Source: Eledone cirrhosa (lineage: Eukaryota). From it: a stretch of 64,000 nt of DNA. Both the position numbers and the translations under genes were made by a program. This document shows positions 1 to 14,549 of the stretch, piece by piece. Location of the stretch: positions 205,406,001-205,470,000 of the forward strand of contig OZ024743.1 of assembly GCA_964016885.1 (NCBI GenBank), in the 5' to 3' direction. How positions within the stretch are numbered: position 1 is the first letter of the stretch; every line of letters starts with the position of its first letter. The notes below the pieces were generated by a model that was not told the origin of the DNA, searched no databases, and saw nothing but the letters and a program-made list of their open reading frames with translations.

Positions 1-3000
1 CCAAGCACCAATCACCAAACACCAAGCACCAAGCGCCAAGCACCAAACACCAAACACCTAGCACCAAGCACCAAGCACCAAACACCAAGCACCAAACACC
101 AATCACCAAGCCCCAAGCACCAAACACCAAGCACCAAGCACCAAACACCAAACACCAAGCACCAAGCACCAAGGACCAAGCACCAAACACCAAGCACCAA
201 GCACCGAGCACCAAACACCAAGAACCAAGCACCAAGCACTAAACACCAAACACCAAGCACCAAGCACCAAACACCAAACACCAAGCACCAAGTACCAAAC
301 TCCAAACACCAAACACCAAGCACCAAGCACCAAATCCCAAGCACCAAACACCAAGCACCAATCACCAAACACCAAACACCAAGCACCAAGCACCAAACTC
401 CAAAAACCAAGCACCAAGCACCAAGCACCAAACACCAAACGCCAAACACCAAACACCAAGTACCAAGCACTAAACACCAAGCACCAAGCGCCAAAGACCA
501 AACACCAAGCACCAAGCACGAAACACCAAGCACCAAGCACCGAGCACCAAACACCAAGTACCAAGCACCAATCACCAAACACCAAGCACCAAGCACCAAA
601 CACCAAACACCAAGCACCAAGCACCAAACACCAAACACCAAGCACCAAGCACCACACACCAAATACCAAGCACCAAGCACTAAACACCAAACACCAAGCA
701 CCAAGCACCAAGCATCAAGCACCAAGCACCAAACACCAACCACCAAGCACCAAACACCAAACACAAAACAACAAGTACCAAGCACCAAACACCAAACACC
801 AAACACCAAACACCAAGCACCAAGCACAAGACACCAAGCACCAAGCACCAAGCACCAAGCACCAAAAACCAAGCACCAAGCTCCAAGCACCAAACACCAA
901 GCACCAAACACCAAACACCAAGCACCAAGCACCAACCACCAAGCACCAAGCGCCAAACACCAAACACCAAGCACCAAGCACCAAACACCAAGCACCAACC
1001 ACCAAGCACCAAACACCAAGCACCAAGCACCAAGCACCAAGCACCAAGCACCAAGCACCAAACACCAAGCACCAAGCACCAAACAGCAAACACCAAGCAC
1101 CAAACACCAAACACCAAGCACCAAGCAACAAACACCAAACACCAAGCACCAAACACCAAGCACCAAGCCCCAAGCACCAAACACCAAGCACCAAGCACCA
1201 AACACCAAGCACCAAGCACCAAGCACCATGCACCAAACACCAAGCACCAAGCACCAAACAGCAAACACCAAACAGCAAACACCAAACAGCAAACATCAAA
1301 CAGCAAACACCAAACAGCAAACACCAAACAGCAAACGCCAAAAAGCAAACGCCAAACTCCAAACGCCAAACAGCAAATGCCAGACCCAAACGCCAAACAG
1401 CAAACGCCAAGCACAAAACACCAAACACCAAGCGCCAAGCACCAGACACCAAACACCAAGCACCAAGCACCAAACACCAAACACCAAGCACCAAGTACCA
1501 AACACCAAACACCAAGCACCAAACACCAAACAGCAAACGCAAAAAAGCAAACGCCAAACCCCATACGCCAAACAGCAAATCCCAAACCCCAAATGCCAAA
1601 CGGCAAACGCCAGGCACCAAACACCAAACACCAAGCGCCAAGCACCAAACACCAAACACCAAGCACCAAGCACCAAACACCAAACACCAAGCACCAGTCA
1701 CCAAACACCAAACACCAAGCGCCAAACACCAAACACCAAACACCTATCACCAAGCACCAAGCACCAAACACCAAGCACCAAACACCAAGCACCAAGCACC
1801 AAGCACCAAGCACCAAACACCAATCACCAAGCCCCAAGCACCAAACACCAAGCACCCAGCACCAAACACCAAACACCAAGCACCAAGCACCCAGAACAAA
1901 GCACCAAGCACCAAACACCAAACACCAAGCTCCAAGCACCAAACACCAAACACCAAGCACCAAGCACCAAGCACCAAGCACCGAACACCAAGCACCAAGG
2001 ACCAAGCACCAAGCACCAAGCACCAAGCACCAAACACCAATCACCAAGCCCCAAGCACCAAACACCAAGCACCAAGCACCAAACACCAAACACCAAGCAC
2101 CAAGCACCAAACACCAAACACCAAGCACCAAGCACCAAGCACCAAGCACCAAACACCATACACCAAGCACCAAGGACCAAACACCAAAAACCAAACAGCA
2201 AGCACCAAGCACCAAGCACCAGACACCAAGCACCGAGCACCTAACACCAAACACCAAGCACCAAGCACTAAACACCAAACACCAAGCACCAAGCACCAAG
2301 CACCAAGCACCAAACACCAAGCACCAAGCACCAAATGGCAAACACCAAGCCCCAAGCACCAAACACCAAACACCAAACACCAAATAGCAAACACCAAACA
2401 CCAAACAGCAAACACCAAACAGCAAACACCAAACAGCAAACACCAAACACCAAACACCAAACAGCAAACGCCAACCAGCAAATGCCAAACCCCAAACGCC
2501 AAACAGCAAACGCCAAGCGCCAAACACCAAACACCAAGCGCCAAGCACCAAACACCAAACACCAAGCACCAAGCACCAAACACCAAGCACCAAGCACCAA
2601 ACACCAAACAACAAGCACCAAGTACCAAACACCAAACACCAAACACCAAACACCAAACAGCAAACGCCAAAAAGCAAACGCCAAACTCCAAACGCCAAAC
2701 AGCAAATGCCAAGGACCAAACACCAAACACCAAGCGCCAAGCACCTAACACCGAACACCAAGAACCAAGTAACACACATCAAACACCGAGCACCAAACAC
2801 CAAGCACAAAGCACCAAACACCAAGCACCAAGCACGAAACACCAAGCACAAAGCACCGAGCACCAAACACCAAGTACCAAGCACCAATCACCAAACACCA
2901 AGCACCAAGCACCAAACACCAAACAGCAAGCACCAAGCACCAAACACCAAACACCAAGCATCAAGCACCACACACCAACTACCAAGCACCAAGCACTAAA

Positions 3001-6000
3001 CACCAAACACCAAGCACCAAGCACCAAGCATCAAGCACCAAGCACCAAACACCAAGCACCAAGCACCAAGCACCAAACATAAAACAACAAGTACCAAGCA
3101 CCAAACACCAAACACCAAACACCAAACACCAAGCACAAAGCACCAAACACCAAACACCAAGCACCAAGCACCAGACACCAAGCACCAAGCACCAAGCACC
3201 AAGCACCAGAAACCAAGCACCAAGCACCAAACACCAAGCACCAAACACCAAACACCTAGCACCAAGCACCAAACACCAAACACCAAGCACCAAACACCAA
3301 ACACCAAGCACCAATCACCAAACACCAAGCACCAAGCGCCAAACACCAAACACCAAACACCTAGCACCAAGCAACAAGCACCGAACACAAAGCACCAAAC
3401 ACCAAGCACCAAGCACCAAGCACCAAGCACCAAGCACCAAACACCAATCACCAAGCCCGAAGCACCAAACACGAAGCACCAAGCACCAAACACCAAACAC
3501 CAAGCACCATGCACCCAGAACCAAGCACCAAGCACCAAACACCAAACACCAAGCACCAAGCACCAATCACCAAACACCAAACACCAAGCACCAAGCACCA
3601 AACACCAAGCACCATGCACCAAGCACCATGCACCAAACACCAAGCACCAAGCACCAAACAGCAAACACCAAACAGCAAACACCAAACACCAAACACCAAA
3701 CACCAAACACCAAACAGCAAACACCAAACAGCAAACACCAAACAGCAAACACCAAACACCAAACACCAAACAGCAAACGCCAACCAGCAAATGCCAAACC
3801 CCAAACGCCAAACAGCAAACGCCAAGCGCCAAACACCAAACACCAAGCGCCAAGCACCAAACACCAAACACCAAGCACCAAGCACCAAACACCAAGCACC
3901 AAGCACCAAACACCAAACAACAAGCACCAAGTACCAAACACCAAACACCAAACACCAAACACCAAACAGCAAACGCCAAAAAGCAAACGCCAAACTCCAA
4001 ACGCCAACCAGGAAACACCAACCAGGAAACACCAAACACCAAGCGCCAAGCACCTAACACCGAACACCAAGCACCAAGTAACACACATCAAACACCGAGC
4101 ACCAAACACCAAGCACAAAGCACCAAACACCAAGCACCACGCACGAAACACCAAGCACAAAGCACCGAGCACCAAACACCAAGTACCAAGCACCAATCAC
4201 CAAACACCAAGCACCAAGCACCAAACACCAAACAGCAAGCACCAAGAACCAAACACCAAACACCAAGCATCAAGCACCACACACCAACTACCAAACACCA
4301 AGCAATAAGCACCAAACACCAAGCACCAAGCACGAAACACCAAGCACAAAGCACCGAGCGCCAAACACCAAGTACCAAGCACCAATCACCAAACACCAAG
4401 CACCAAGCACCAAACACCAAACAGCAAGCACCAAGCACCAAACACCAAACACCAAGCATCAAGCACCACACACCAACTACCAAGCACCAAGCACTAAACA
4501 CCAAACACCAAGCACCAAGCACCAAGCATCAAGCACCAAGCACCAAACACCAAGCACCAAGCACCAAGCACCAAACATAAAACAACAAGTACCAAGCACC
4601 AAACACCAAACACCAAACACCAAACACCAAGCACAAAGCACCAAACACCAAACACCAAGCACCAAGCACCAGACACCAAGCACCAAGCACCAAGCACCAA
4701 GCACCAGAAACCAAGCACCAAGCACCAAGGACCAAACACCAAGCACCAAACACCAAACACCAAGCACCAAGCACCAAACACCAAACACCAAGCACCAAAC
4801 ACCAAACACCAAGCACCAATCACCAAACACCAAGCACCAAGCGCCAAACACCAAACACCAAACACCTAGCACCAAGCACCAAGCACCGAACACAAAGCAC
4901 CAAACACCAAGCACCAAGCACCAAGCACCAAGCACCAAACACCAATCACCAAGCCCGAAGCACCAAACACGAAGCACCAAGCACCAAACACCAAACACCA
5001 AGCACCATGCACCCAGAACCAAGCACCAAGCACCAAACACCAAACACCAAGCACCAAGCACCAATCACCAAACACCAAGCACCAAGCACCAAGCACCAAA
5101 CACCATACACCAAGCACCAAGCACCAAACACCAAAAACGAATCACCAAGCACCAAAGAGCAAACACCAAGCCCCAAGCACCAAACACCAAACACCAAACA
5201 CCAAACAGCAAACACTAAACACCAAACACCAAACAGCAAACACGAAACACCAAATAGCAAACACCAAACACCAACCAGGAAACACCAAACAGCAAACACC
5301 AAACAGCAAACGCCAAACAGCAAACATAAACACCAAACACCAAACACCAAGCACCAAGCACCAAGCACAAAACACCAAGCAACAAGCGCCAAGCACCAAA
5401 CGCCAAACACCAAACACCAAACAGCAAACACCAATCACCAAACACCAGACACCAAACACCAAACAGCAAACACCAAACACCAAACAGCAAACACCAAACA
5501 CCAAACACCAAACAGCAAACACCAAACAGCAAACACCAAACAGCAAACACCAAACAGCAAACACCAAACAGCAAACACCAAACACCAAACACCAAACACC
5601 AAGCACCAAGCACTAAACACCAAACACCTAGCACCAAGCACCAAGCACCAAACACCAAGCACCAAGCACCAAGCACCAAGCACCAAACACCAAGCACCAA
5701 AGACCAAGCCCCAAATACCAAGCACCAAGCACCAAACACCAGTCACCAGGCACCAAGCACCAAACACCAACAACCAAGCACCAAGCACTAAACACCAAAC
5801 ACCAAGCACCAAGCACCAAACACCAAACACCAAGCACCAAGTACCAAACTCCAAACACCAAACACCAAGCACCAAGCACCAAATCCCAAGCACCAAACAC
5901 CAAGCACCAATCACCAAACACCAAACACCAAGCACCAAGCACCAAACACCCAAAACCAAGCACCAAGCACCAAGCACCAGACACCAAACACTGAACACCA

Positions 6001-9000
6001 AGTACCAAGCACCAAACACCAAGCACCAAGCGCCAAAGACCAAACACCAAGCACCAAGCACGAAACACCAAGCACCAAGCACCGAGCACCAAACACCAAG
6101 TACCAGGCACCAATCAACAAACACCAAGCACCAAGCACCAAATACCAGACAGCAAGCACCAAGCACCAAACACCAAACACCAAGCACCAAGCACCAAACA
6201 CCAAGCACCAAGCGCCAAACACCAAACACCAAGCACCAAGCACCAAACACCAAGCACCAACCACCAAGCACCAAACACCAAGCACCAAGCACCAAACACC
6301 AAGCACCAATCACCAAACAGCAAACACAAAGCACCAAACAACAAACACAAAGCACCAAGCACCAAACACCAAGCACCAAGCACCAAACACCAAGCACCAA
6401 GCACCAAACCCCAAAAACCAATCACCAAGCACCAAAGAGCAAACACCAAGCCCCAAGCACCAAACACCAAACACCAAACACCAAATAGCAAACACTAAAC
6501 ACCAAACACCAAACAGCAAACACAAAACACCAAATAGCAAATACCAAACAGCAAACACCAAACACCAAACAGCAAACACCAAACACCAACCAGGAAACAC
6601 CAAACACCAAGCACCAAACACCAAGCACCAAGCCCCAAGCACCAAACACCAAGCACCAAGCACCAAACACCAAGCACCAAGCACCAAACAGCAAACACCA
6701 AACAGCAAACACCAAACACCAAACACCAACCAGCAAACACCAAGCACCAAACACCAAACACCAAGCACCAAGCACCAAACACCAAACACCAAGCACCAAG
6801 CACCACACACCAAATACCAAGCACCAAGCACTAAACACCAAACACCAAGCACCAAGCACCAAGCATCAAGCACCAAGCACCAAACACCAACCACCAAGCA
6901 CCAAGCACCAAACACAAAACAACAAGTACCAAGCACCAGACACCAAGCACCAAGCACCAAGCACCAAGCACCAAAAACCAAGCACCAAGCTCCAAGCACC
7001 AAACACCAAGCACCAAACACCAAACACCAAGCACCAAGCACCAAACACCAAGCACCAAGCGCCAAACACCAAACTCCAAGCTCCAAGCACCAAACACCAA
7101 GCACCAACCACCAAGCACCAAACACCAAGCACCAGGCACCAAGCACCAAGCAATAAGCACCAAACACCAAGCACCAAGCACCAAACAGCAAACACCAAGC
7201 ACCAAACACCAAACACCAAGCACCAAGCAACAAACACCAAACACCAAGCACCAAACACCAAGCACCCAGCCCCAAGCACCAAACACCAAGCACCAAGCAC
7301 CAAACACCAAGCACCAAGCACCAAGCACCATGCACCAAACACCAAGCACCAAGCACCAAACAGCAAACACCAAACAGCAAACACCAAACAGCAAACACCA
7401 AACAGCAAACACCAAACACCAAACACCAAACAGCAAACGCCAAAAAGCAAACGCCAAACTCCAAACGCCAAACAGCAAATGCCAAACCCCAAACGCCAAA
7501 CAGCAAACGCCAAGCACCAAACACCAAACACCAAGCGCCAAGCACCAAACACCAAACACCAAGCACCAAGCACCAAACACCAAACACCAAGCACCAAGTA
7601 CCAAACACCAAACACCAAGCACCAAACACCAAACAGCAAACGCAAAAAAGCAAACGCCAAACCCCATACGCCAAACAGCAAATGCCAAACCCCAAACGCC
7701 AAACAGCAAACGCCAAGCACCAAACACCAAACACCAAGCACCAAGCGCCAAACACCAAGCACCAAGCACCAAGCACCAATCACCAAACACCAAGCACCAA
7801 TCACCAAACAACAAACACCAAGCGCCAAACACCAAACACCAAACACCTAGCACCAATCACCAATCACCAAACACCAAGCACCAAACACCAAGCACCAAGC
7901 ACCAAGCACCAAGCACCAAGCACCAAACACCAATCACCAAGCCCCAAGCACCAAACACCAAGCACCAAGCACCAAACACCAAACACCAAGCACCAAGCAC
8001 CCAGAACAAAGCACCAAGCACCAAACACCAAGCACCAAGCACCAAGCACCAAGCACCAAACACCAATCACCAAGCCCCAAGCACCAAACACCAAGCACCA
8101 AGCACCAAACACCAAACACCAAGCACCAAGCACCCAGAACCAAGCACCAAGCACCAAACACCGAACACCAAGCACCAAGCACCAAACACCAAACACCATG
8201 CACCAAGCACCAAGCACCAAGCACCAAACACCATACACCAAGCACCAAGGACCAAACACCAAAAACCAATCACCAAGCACCAAAGAGCAAACACCAAGCC
8301 CCAAGCACCAAACACCAAACACCAAACACCAAATAGCAAACACTAAACACCAAACACCAAACAGCAAACACAAAACACCAAATAGCAAACACCAAACAGC
8401 AAACACCAAACACCAAACAGCAAACACCAAACACCAACCAGGAAACACCAACCAGGAAACACCAAACACCAAGCACCAAGCCCCAAGCACCAAACACCAA
8501 GCACCAAGCACCAAACACCAAGCACCATGCACCAAGCACCATGCACCAAACACCAAGCACCAAGCACCAAACAGCAAACACCAAACAGCAAACACCAAAC
8601 ACCAAACACCAAACACCAAACACCAAACAGCAAACACCAAACAGCAAACACCAAACAGCAAACACCAAACACCAAACACCAAACAGCAAACGCCAAACAG
8701 CAAATGCCAAACCCCAAACGCCAAACAGCAAACGCCAAGCGCCAAACACCAAACACCAAGCGCCAAGCACCAAACACCAAACACCAAGCACCAAGCACCA
8801 AACACCAAACACCAAGCACCAAGTACCAAACACCAAACACCAAACACCAAACACCAAACAGCAAACGCCAAAAAGCAAACGCCAAACTCCAAACGCCAAA
8901 CAGCAAATGCCAAGGACCAAACACCAAACACCAAGCGCCAAGCACCAAACACCGAACACCAAGCACCAAGAACCACACATCAAACACCGAGCACCAAACA

Positions 9001-12000
9001 CCAAACACCAGGCCCAAACACCAAGCACCAATCACCAAGCACCAAGCACCAAGCAACAAACACAAAGCACCAATCACCAAGCACCGAGCACCAAGCACCA
9101 AGCACCAAGCACCAAACACCGAGCACCAAACACTAAACACCAAGCACCAAGCACCAATCACCAAACACCAAGCACCAAGCACCAAACACCAAACAGCAAG
9201 CACCAAGCACCAAACACCAAACACCAAGTACCAAGCCCAAAGCACCAAACACCAAGCACCTAGCAGCAAGCACCAAACACCAAACACCAAGCACCAAGCA
9301 CCAAGCACCAAGCACCAAGCACCAAGCACCAAGCACCAAACACCAATCACCAAGCCCCAAGCACCAAACACCAAGCACCAAGCACCAAACACCAAACACC
9401 AAGCACCAAGCACCCAGTACCAAGCACCAAGCACCAAACACCAAACACCAACCACCAAGCACCAAACACCAAACACCAAGCACCAAGCACCAAGCACCAA
9501 GCACCAAACACCAAACACCAAACACCAAACACCAAGGACCAATCACCAAACACCAAGCACCAAGCACCAAACACCAAACACCAAACACCTAGCACCAAGC
9601 ACCAAGCACCAAACACCAAGCACCAAACACCAAGCACCAAGCACCAAGCACCAAGCACCAAGCACCAAACACCAATCACCAAGCCCCAAGCACCAAACAC
9701 CAAGCACCCAGCACCATACACCAAACACCAAGCACCAAGCACCCAGAACAAAGCACCAAGCACCAAACACCAAACACCAAACACCAAACACCAAGCACCA
9801 AGCACCAGACACCAAGCACCAAGCACCAAGCACCAAGCACCAAAAACCAAGCACCAAGCTCCAAGCACCAAACACCAAGCACCAAACACCAAACACCAAG
9901 CACCAAGCACCAAACACCAAGCACCAAGCGCCAAACACCAAACTCCAAGCACTAAGCACCAAACACCAAGCACCAACCACCAAGCACCAAACACCAAGCA
10001 CCAGGCACCAAGCACCAAGCACCAAGCACCAAACACCAAGCACCAAGCACCAAACAGCAAACACCAAGCACCAAACACCAAACACCAAGCACCAAGCAAC
10101 AAACACCAAACACCAAGCACCAAACACCAATCACCAAGCCCCAAGCACCAAACACCAAGCACCAAGCACCAAACACCAAGCACCAAGCACCAAGCACCAT
10201 GCACCAGACACCAAGCACCAAGCACCAAACAGCAAACACCAAACAGCAAACACCAAACAGCAAACACCAAACAGCAAACACCAAACACCAAACACCAAAC
10301 AGCAAACGCCAAAAAGCAAACGCCAAACTCCAAACGCCAAACAGCAAATGCCAAACCCCAAACGCCAAACAGCAAACGCCAAGCACCAAACACCAAACAC
10401 CAAGCGCCAAGCACCAAACACCAAACACCAAGCACCAAGCACCAAACACCAAACACCAAGCACCAAGTACCAAACACCAAACACCAAGCACCAAACACCA
10501 AACAGCAAACGCAAAAAAGCAAATGCCAAACCCCAAACGCCAAACAGCAAACGCCAAGCACCAAACACCAAACACCAAGCGCCAAGCGCCAAACACCAAG
10601 CACCAAGCACCAATCACCAAACGCCAAACACCAAGCACCAATCACCAAACACCAAACACCAAGCGCCAAACACCAAACACCAAACACCTAGCACCAATCA
10701 CCAATCACCAAACACCAAGCACCAAACACCAAGCACCAAGCACCAAGCACCAAGCACCAAGCACCAAACACCAATCACCAAGCCCCAAGCACCAAACACC
10801 AAGCACCCAGCACCAAACACCAAACACCAAGCACCAAGCACCCAGAACAAAGCACCAAGCACCAAACACAAAGCACCAAGCACCAAGCACCAAGCACCAA
10901 ACACCAATCACCAAGCCCCAAACACCAAACACCAAGCACCAAGCACCCAGAACCAAGCACCAAGCACCAAACACCAAACACCAAGCACCAAGCACCAAAT
11001 ACCAAACACCAAGCACCAAGCACCAAGCACCAAGCACCAAACACCATACACCAAGCACCAAGAACCAAACACCAAAAACCAATCACCAAGCACCAAAGAG
11101 CAAACACCAAGCCCCAAGCACCAAACACCAAACACCAAACACCAAATAGCAAACACTAAACACCAAACACCAAACAGCAAACACAAAACACCAAATAGCA
11201 AACACCAAACAGCAAACACCAAACACCAAACAGCAAACACCAAACACCAACCAGGAAACACCAACCAGGAAACACCAAACACCAAGCACCAAGCCCCAAG
11301 CACCAAACACCAAGCACCAAGCACCAAACACCAAGCACCATGCACCAAGCACCATGCACCAAACACCAAGCACCAAGCACCAGACAGCAAACACCAAACA
11401 GCAAACACCAAACACCAAACACCAACCAGCAAACACCAAACACCAAACACCAAACAGCAAACACCAAACAGCAAACACCAAACAGCAAACACCAAACACC
11501 AAACACCAAACAGCAAACGCCAAACAGCAAATGCCAAACCCCAAACGCCAAACAGCAAACGCCAAGCGCCAAACACCAAACACCAAGCGCCAAGCACCAA
11601 ACACCAAACACCAAGCACCAAGCACCAAACACCAAACACCAAGCACCAAGTACCAAACACCAAACACCAAACACCAAACACCAAACAGCAAACGCCAAAA
11701 AGCAAACGCCAAACTCCAAACGCCAAACAGCAGACGCCAAGGACCAAACACCAAACACCAAGCGCCAAGCACCAAACACCAAACACCAAGCACCAAGTAC
11801 CACACATCAAACACCGAGCACCAAACACCAAACACCAGGCCCAAACACCAAGCACCAATCACCAAGCACCAAGCACCAAGCAACAAACACAAAGCACCAA
11901 TCACCAAGCACCGAGCACCAAGCACCAAGCACCAAGCACCAAACACCAAGCACCAAACACTAAACACCAAGCACCAAGCACCAATCACCAAACACCAAGC

Positions 12001-13549
12001 ACCAAGCACCAAACACCAAACAGCAAGCACCAAGCACCAAACACCAAACACCAAGTACCAAGCCCAAAGCACCAAACACCAAGCACCTAGCAGCAAGCAC
12101 CAAACACCAAACACCAAGCACCAAGCACCAAGCACCAAGCACCAAGCACCAAGCACCAAGCACCAAACACCAATCACAAAGCCCCAAGCACCAAACACCA
12201 AGCACCAAGCACCAAACACCAAACACCAAGCACCAAGCACCCAGAACCAAGCACCAAGCACCAAACACCAAACACCAACCACCAAGCACCAAACACCAAA
12301 CACCAAGCACCAAGCACCAAGCACCAAGCACCAAACACCAAACACCAAACACCAAACACCAAGGACCAATCACCAAACACCAAGCACCAAGCACCAAACA
12401 CCAAACACCAAACACCTAACACCAAGCACCAAGCACCAAACACCAAGCACCAAACACCAAGCACCAAGCACCAAGCACCAAGCACCAAGCACCAAACACC
12501 AATCACCAAGCCCCAAGCACCAAACACCAAGCACCCAACACCATACACCAAACACCAAGCACCAAGCACCCAGAACAAAGCACCAAGCACCAAACACCAA
12601 ACACCAAGCTCCAAGCACCAAACACCAAACACGAAGCACCATGCACCAAGCACCAAGCACCAAACACCAAACACCAAGCACCAAGCACCAAACACCAAAC
12701 ACCAAGCACCAATCACCATACACCAAGCACCAAGCACCAAACACCAAACACCAAACACCAAACACCAAGCACAAAGCACCAAACACCAAACACCAAGCAC
12801 CAAACACCAACCACCCAGCACCAAGCACCAAGCACCAAACACCAAGCACCAAACACCAAACACCAAGCACCAAGCACCAAGCGCCAAGCACCAAACACCA
12901 AGCACCAAGCACTAAGCACCAAACACCAAGCCCCAAGCAGCAAGCACCAAACACCAAACACCAAGCACCAAGCACCAAGCACCAAGCACCAAGCACCAAG
13001 CACCTAGCACCAAGCACCAAACACCAAGCACCAAACACCAAACACCAAGCACCAAGCACCAAACACCAAACACCAAGCACCAAGCACCAAACACCAAACA
13101 CCAAGCACCAAGCACCAAGCACCAAACACCATACACCAAGCACCAAGCACCAAACACCAAAATCCAATCACCAAGCACCAAAGAGCAAACACCAAGCCCC
13201 AAGCACCAAACACCAAACACCAAACACCAAACAACAAACACTAAACACCAAACACCAAACAGCAAACACCAAACACCAAATAGCAAACACCAAACACCAA
13301 CCAGGAAACACCAAACAGCAAACACCAAACAGCAAACGCCAAACAGCAAACACAAACACCAAACACCAAACAGCAAGCACCAAGCACCAAGCACAAAACA
13401 CCAAGCACCAAGCGCCAAGCACCAAACACCAAACACCAAACACCAAACACCAAACACCAAACACCAATCACCAAACACCAGACACCAAACACCAAACAGC
13501 AAACACCAAACACCAAACAGCAAACACCAAACACCAAACACCAAACAGC
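1..13549 (+). repeat. 7-bp satellite array (CACCAAR)n, about 1900 monomers, runs off the left edge of the window
   Basis: Continuous CACCAAA/CACCAAG heptamers with variants CAGCAAA, CGCCAAA/G, CACCAAT, TACCAAA and CCCCAAG. The + strand is almost free of T. The 7-aa periodic ORFs in all six frames (TPSTKHQ, WCLVLGA) reflect the 7-bp period. Confidence 0.98.
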
Positions 13550-13762
13550 CAGATCTGCCTTTCTTTACCCCTCCCAAGTCTCTTCCCTCTTCTCCCCCTA
13601 CTGTCCTCTACAGCCTGATCTGCCTTTCTTTACCCCTCCCTAGTCTCTTCATTATTCAGTTTTGTTTTTATCTTTCTAAAACATCCTAGTTTTAATGAAA
13701 TTAAAAGGAAATAGCAATCGCTATAAGTGTGCAAGCCAGCATGTAACTTCATGTGTGTGTGT

Positions 13763-14407
13763 TTTTAATGGAGTTTTTAATTGAGTTTTAATGGAGTTTT
13801 AATTGAGTTTATAATGGAGATTTAAATGGAATTTTTAATTGAGTTTTAATGTAGTTTTAATGGTGTTTTATGCCGTTTTAATGGTATTTTAATGGGGTTT
13901 TTATTTGGTTTTTTATAAAGTTTTGGGTGCGCTTTTAATAGGGGTTTAATGGGTTTTCAGTGTAGTTTTTAATGACATTTTTAATGGTTTTCCAATGGAA
14001 TCTTAGTGGTGTGTTAATGCAATTTTAATTGGTTTAATGGGTTTTTAATTGTGTTTTTAATGGTGTTTTAATTGAGTTTTTAATTGCGTTTTTATTGAGT
14101 TTTTATTTCGGTTTAAATTTGAGGTTTTAATGTCTTTTCGAGGGGGGGGTTAATGGGGGTTTTAATGCAGTTTTAATGGGGACTTTTAATGGAAACTTTA
14201 ATTTTGTTTTAATTGGGTTTTTATGGGTTTCCAATGTGGTTTTTAATGGCGCTTTTATTGGCATTCTTAATGATGTTTTAATTGTGTTTTAATGGGGGGT
14301 TTGGTTGGGGTTTTAATGGAGTGTTTTATGAGCTTATAATGGGGTTTTTAATGGGTTTTTCAAAATAGATTTTTAATTGAATTTTTAATGTGGTTTTTAA
14401 TGGGATT
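13763..14407 (-). repeat. Degenerate 10-11-bp (CCATTAAAA)-family repeat in reverse orientation (unit 1 example)
   Basis: The + strand reads TTTTAATGG/TTTTAATTG about every 10-11 bp. An equivalent block is in all 7 units. Confidence 0.9.
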
Positions 14408-14454
<47 letters not shown>

Positions 14455-14517
14455 GTGTGTGTGTATATATATATATATAGTGTGTATGTATATATATATA
14501 TATATATAGTGTGTGCG

Positions 14518-14547
<30 letters not shown>

Positions 14548-14549
<2 letters not shown>

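Noticed and set aside
12-13618. Long ORFs up to 1187 aa (TPSTKHQ-type on +, WCLVLGA-type on -)
   Set aside because: A 7-bp repeat lacking stop codons is open in all six frames and gives 7-aa periodic peptides. The ORFs overlap in every frame, have no unique domain, and are broken at random by TAA/TAG variants.
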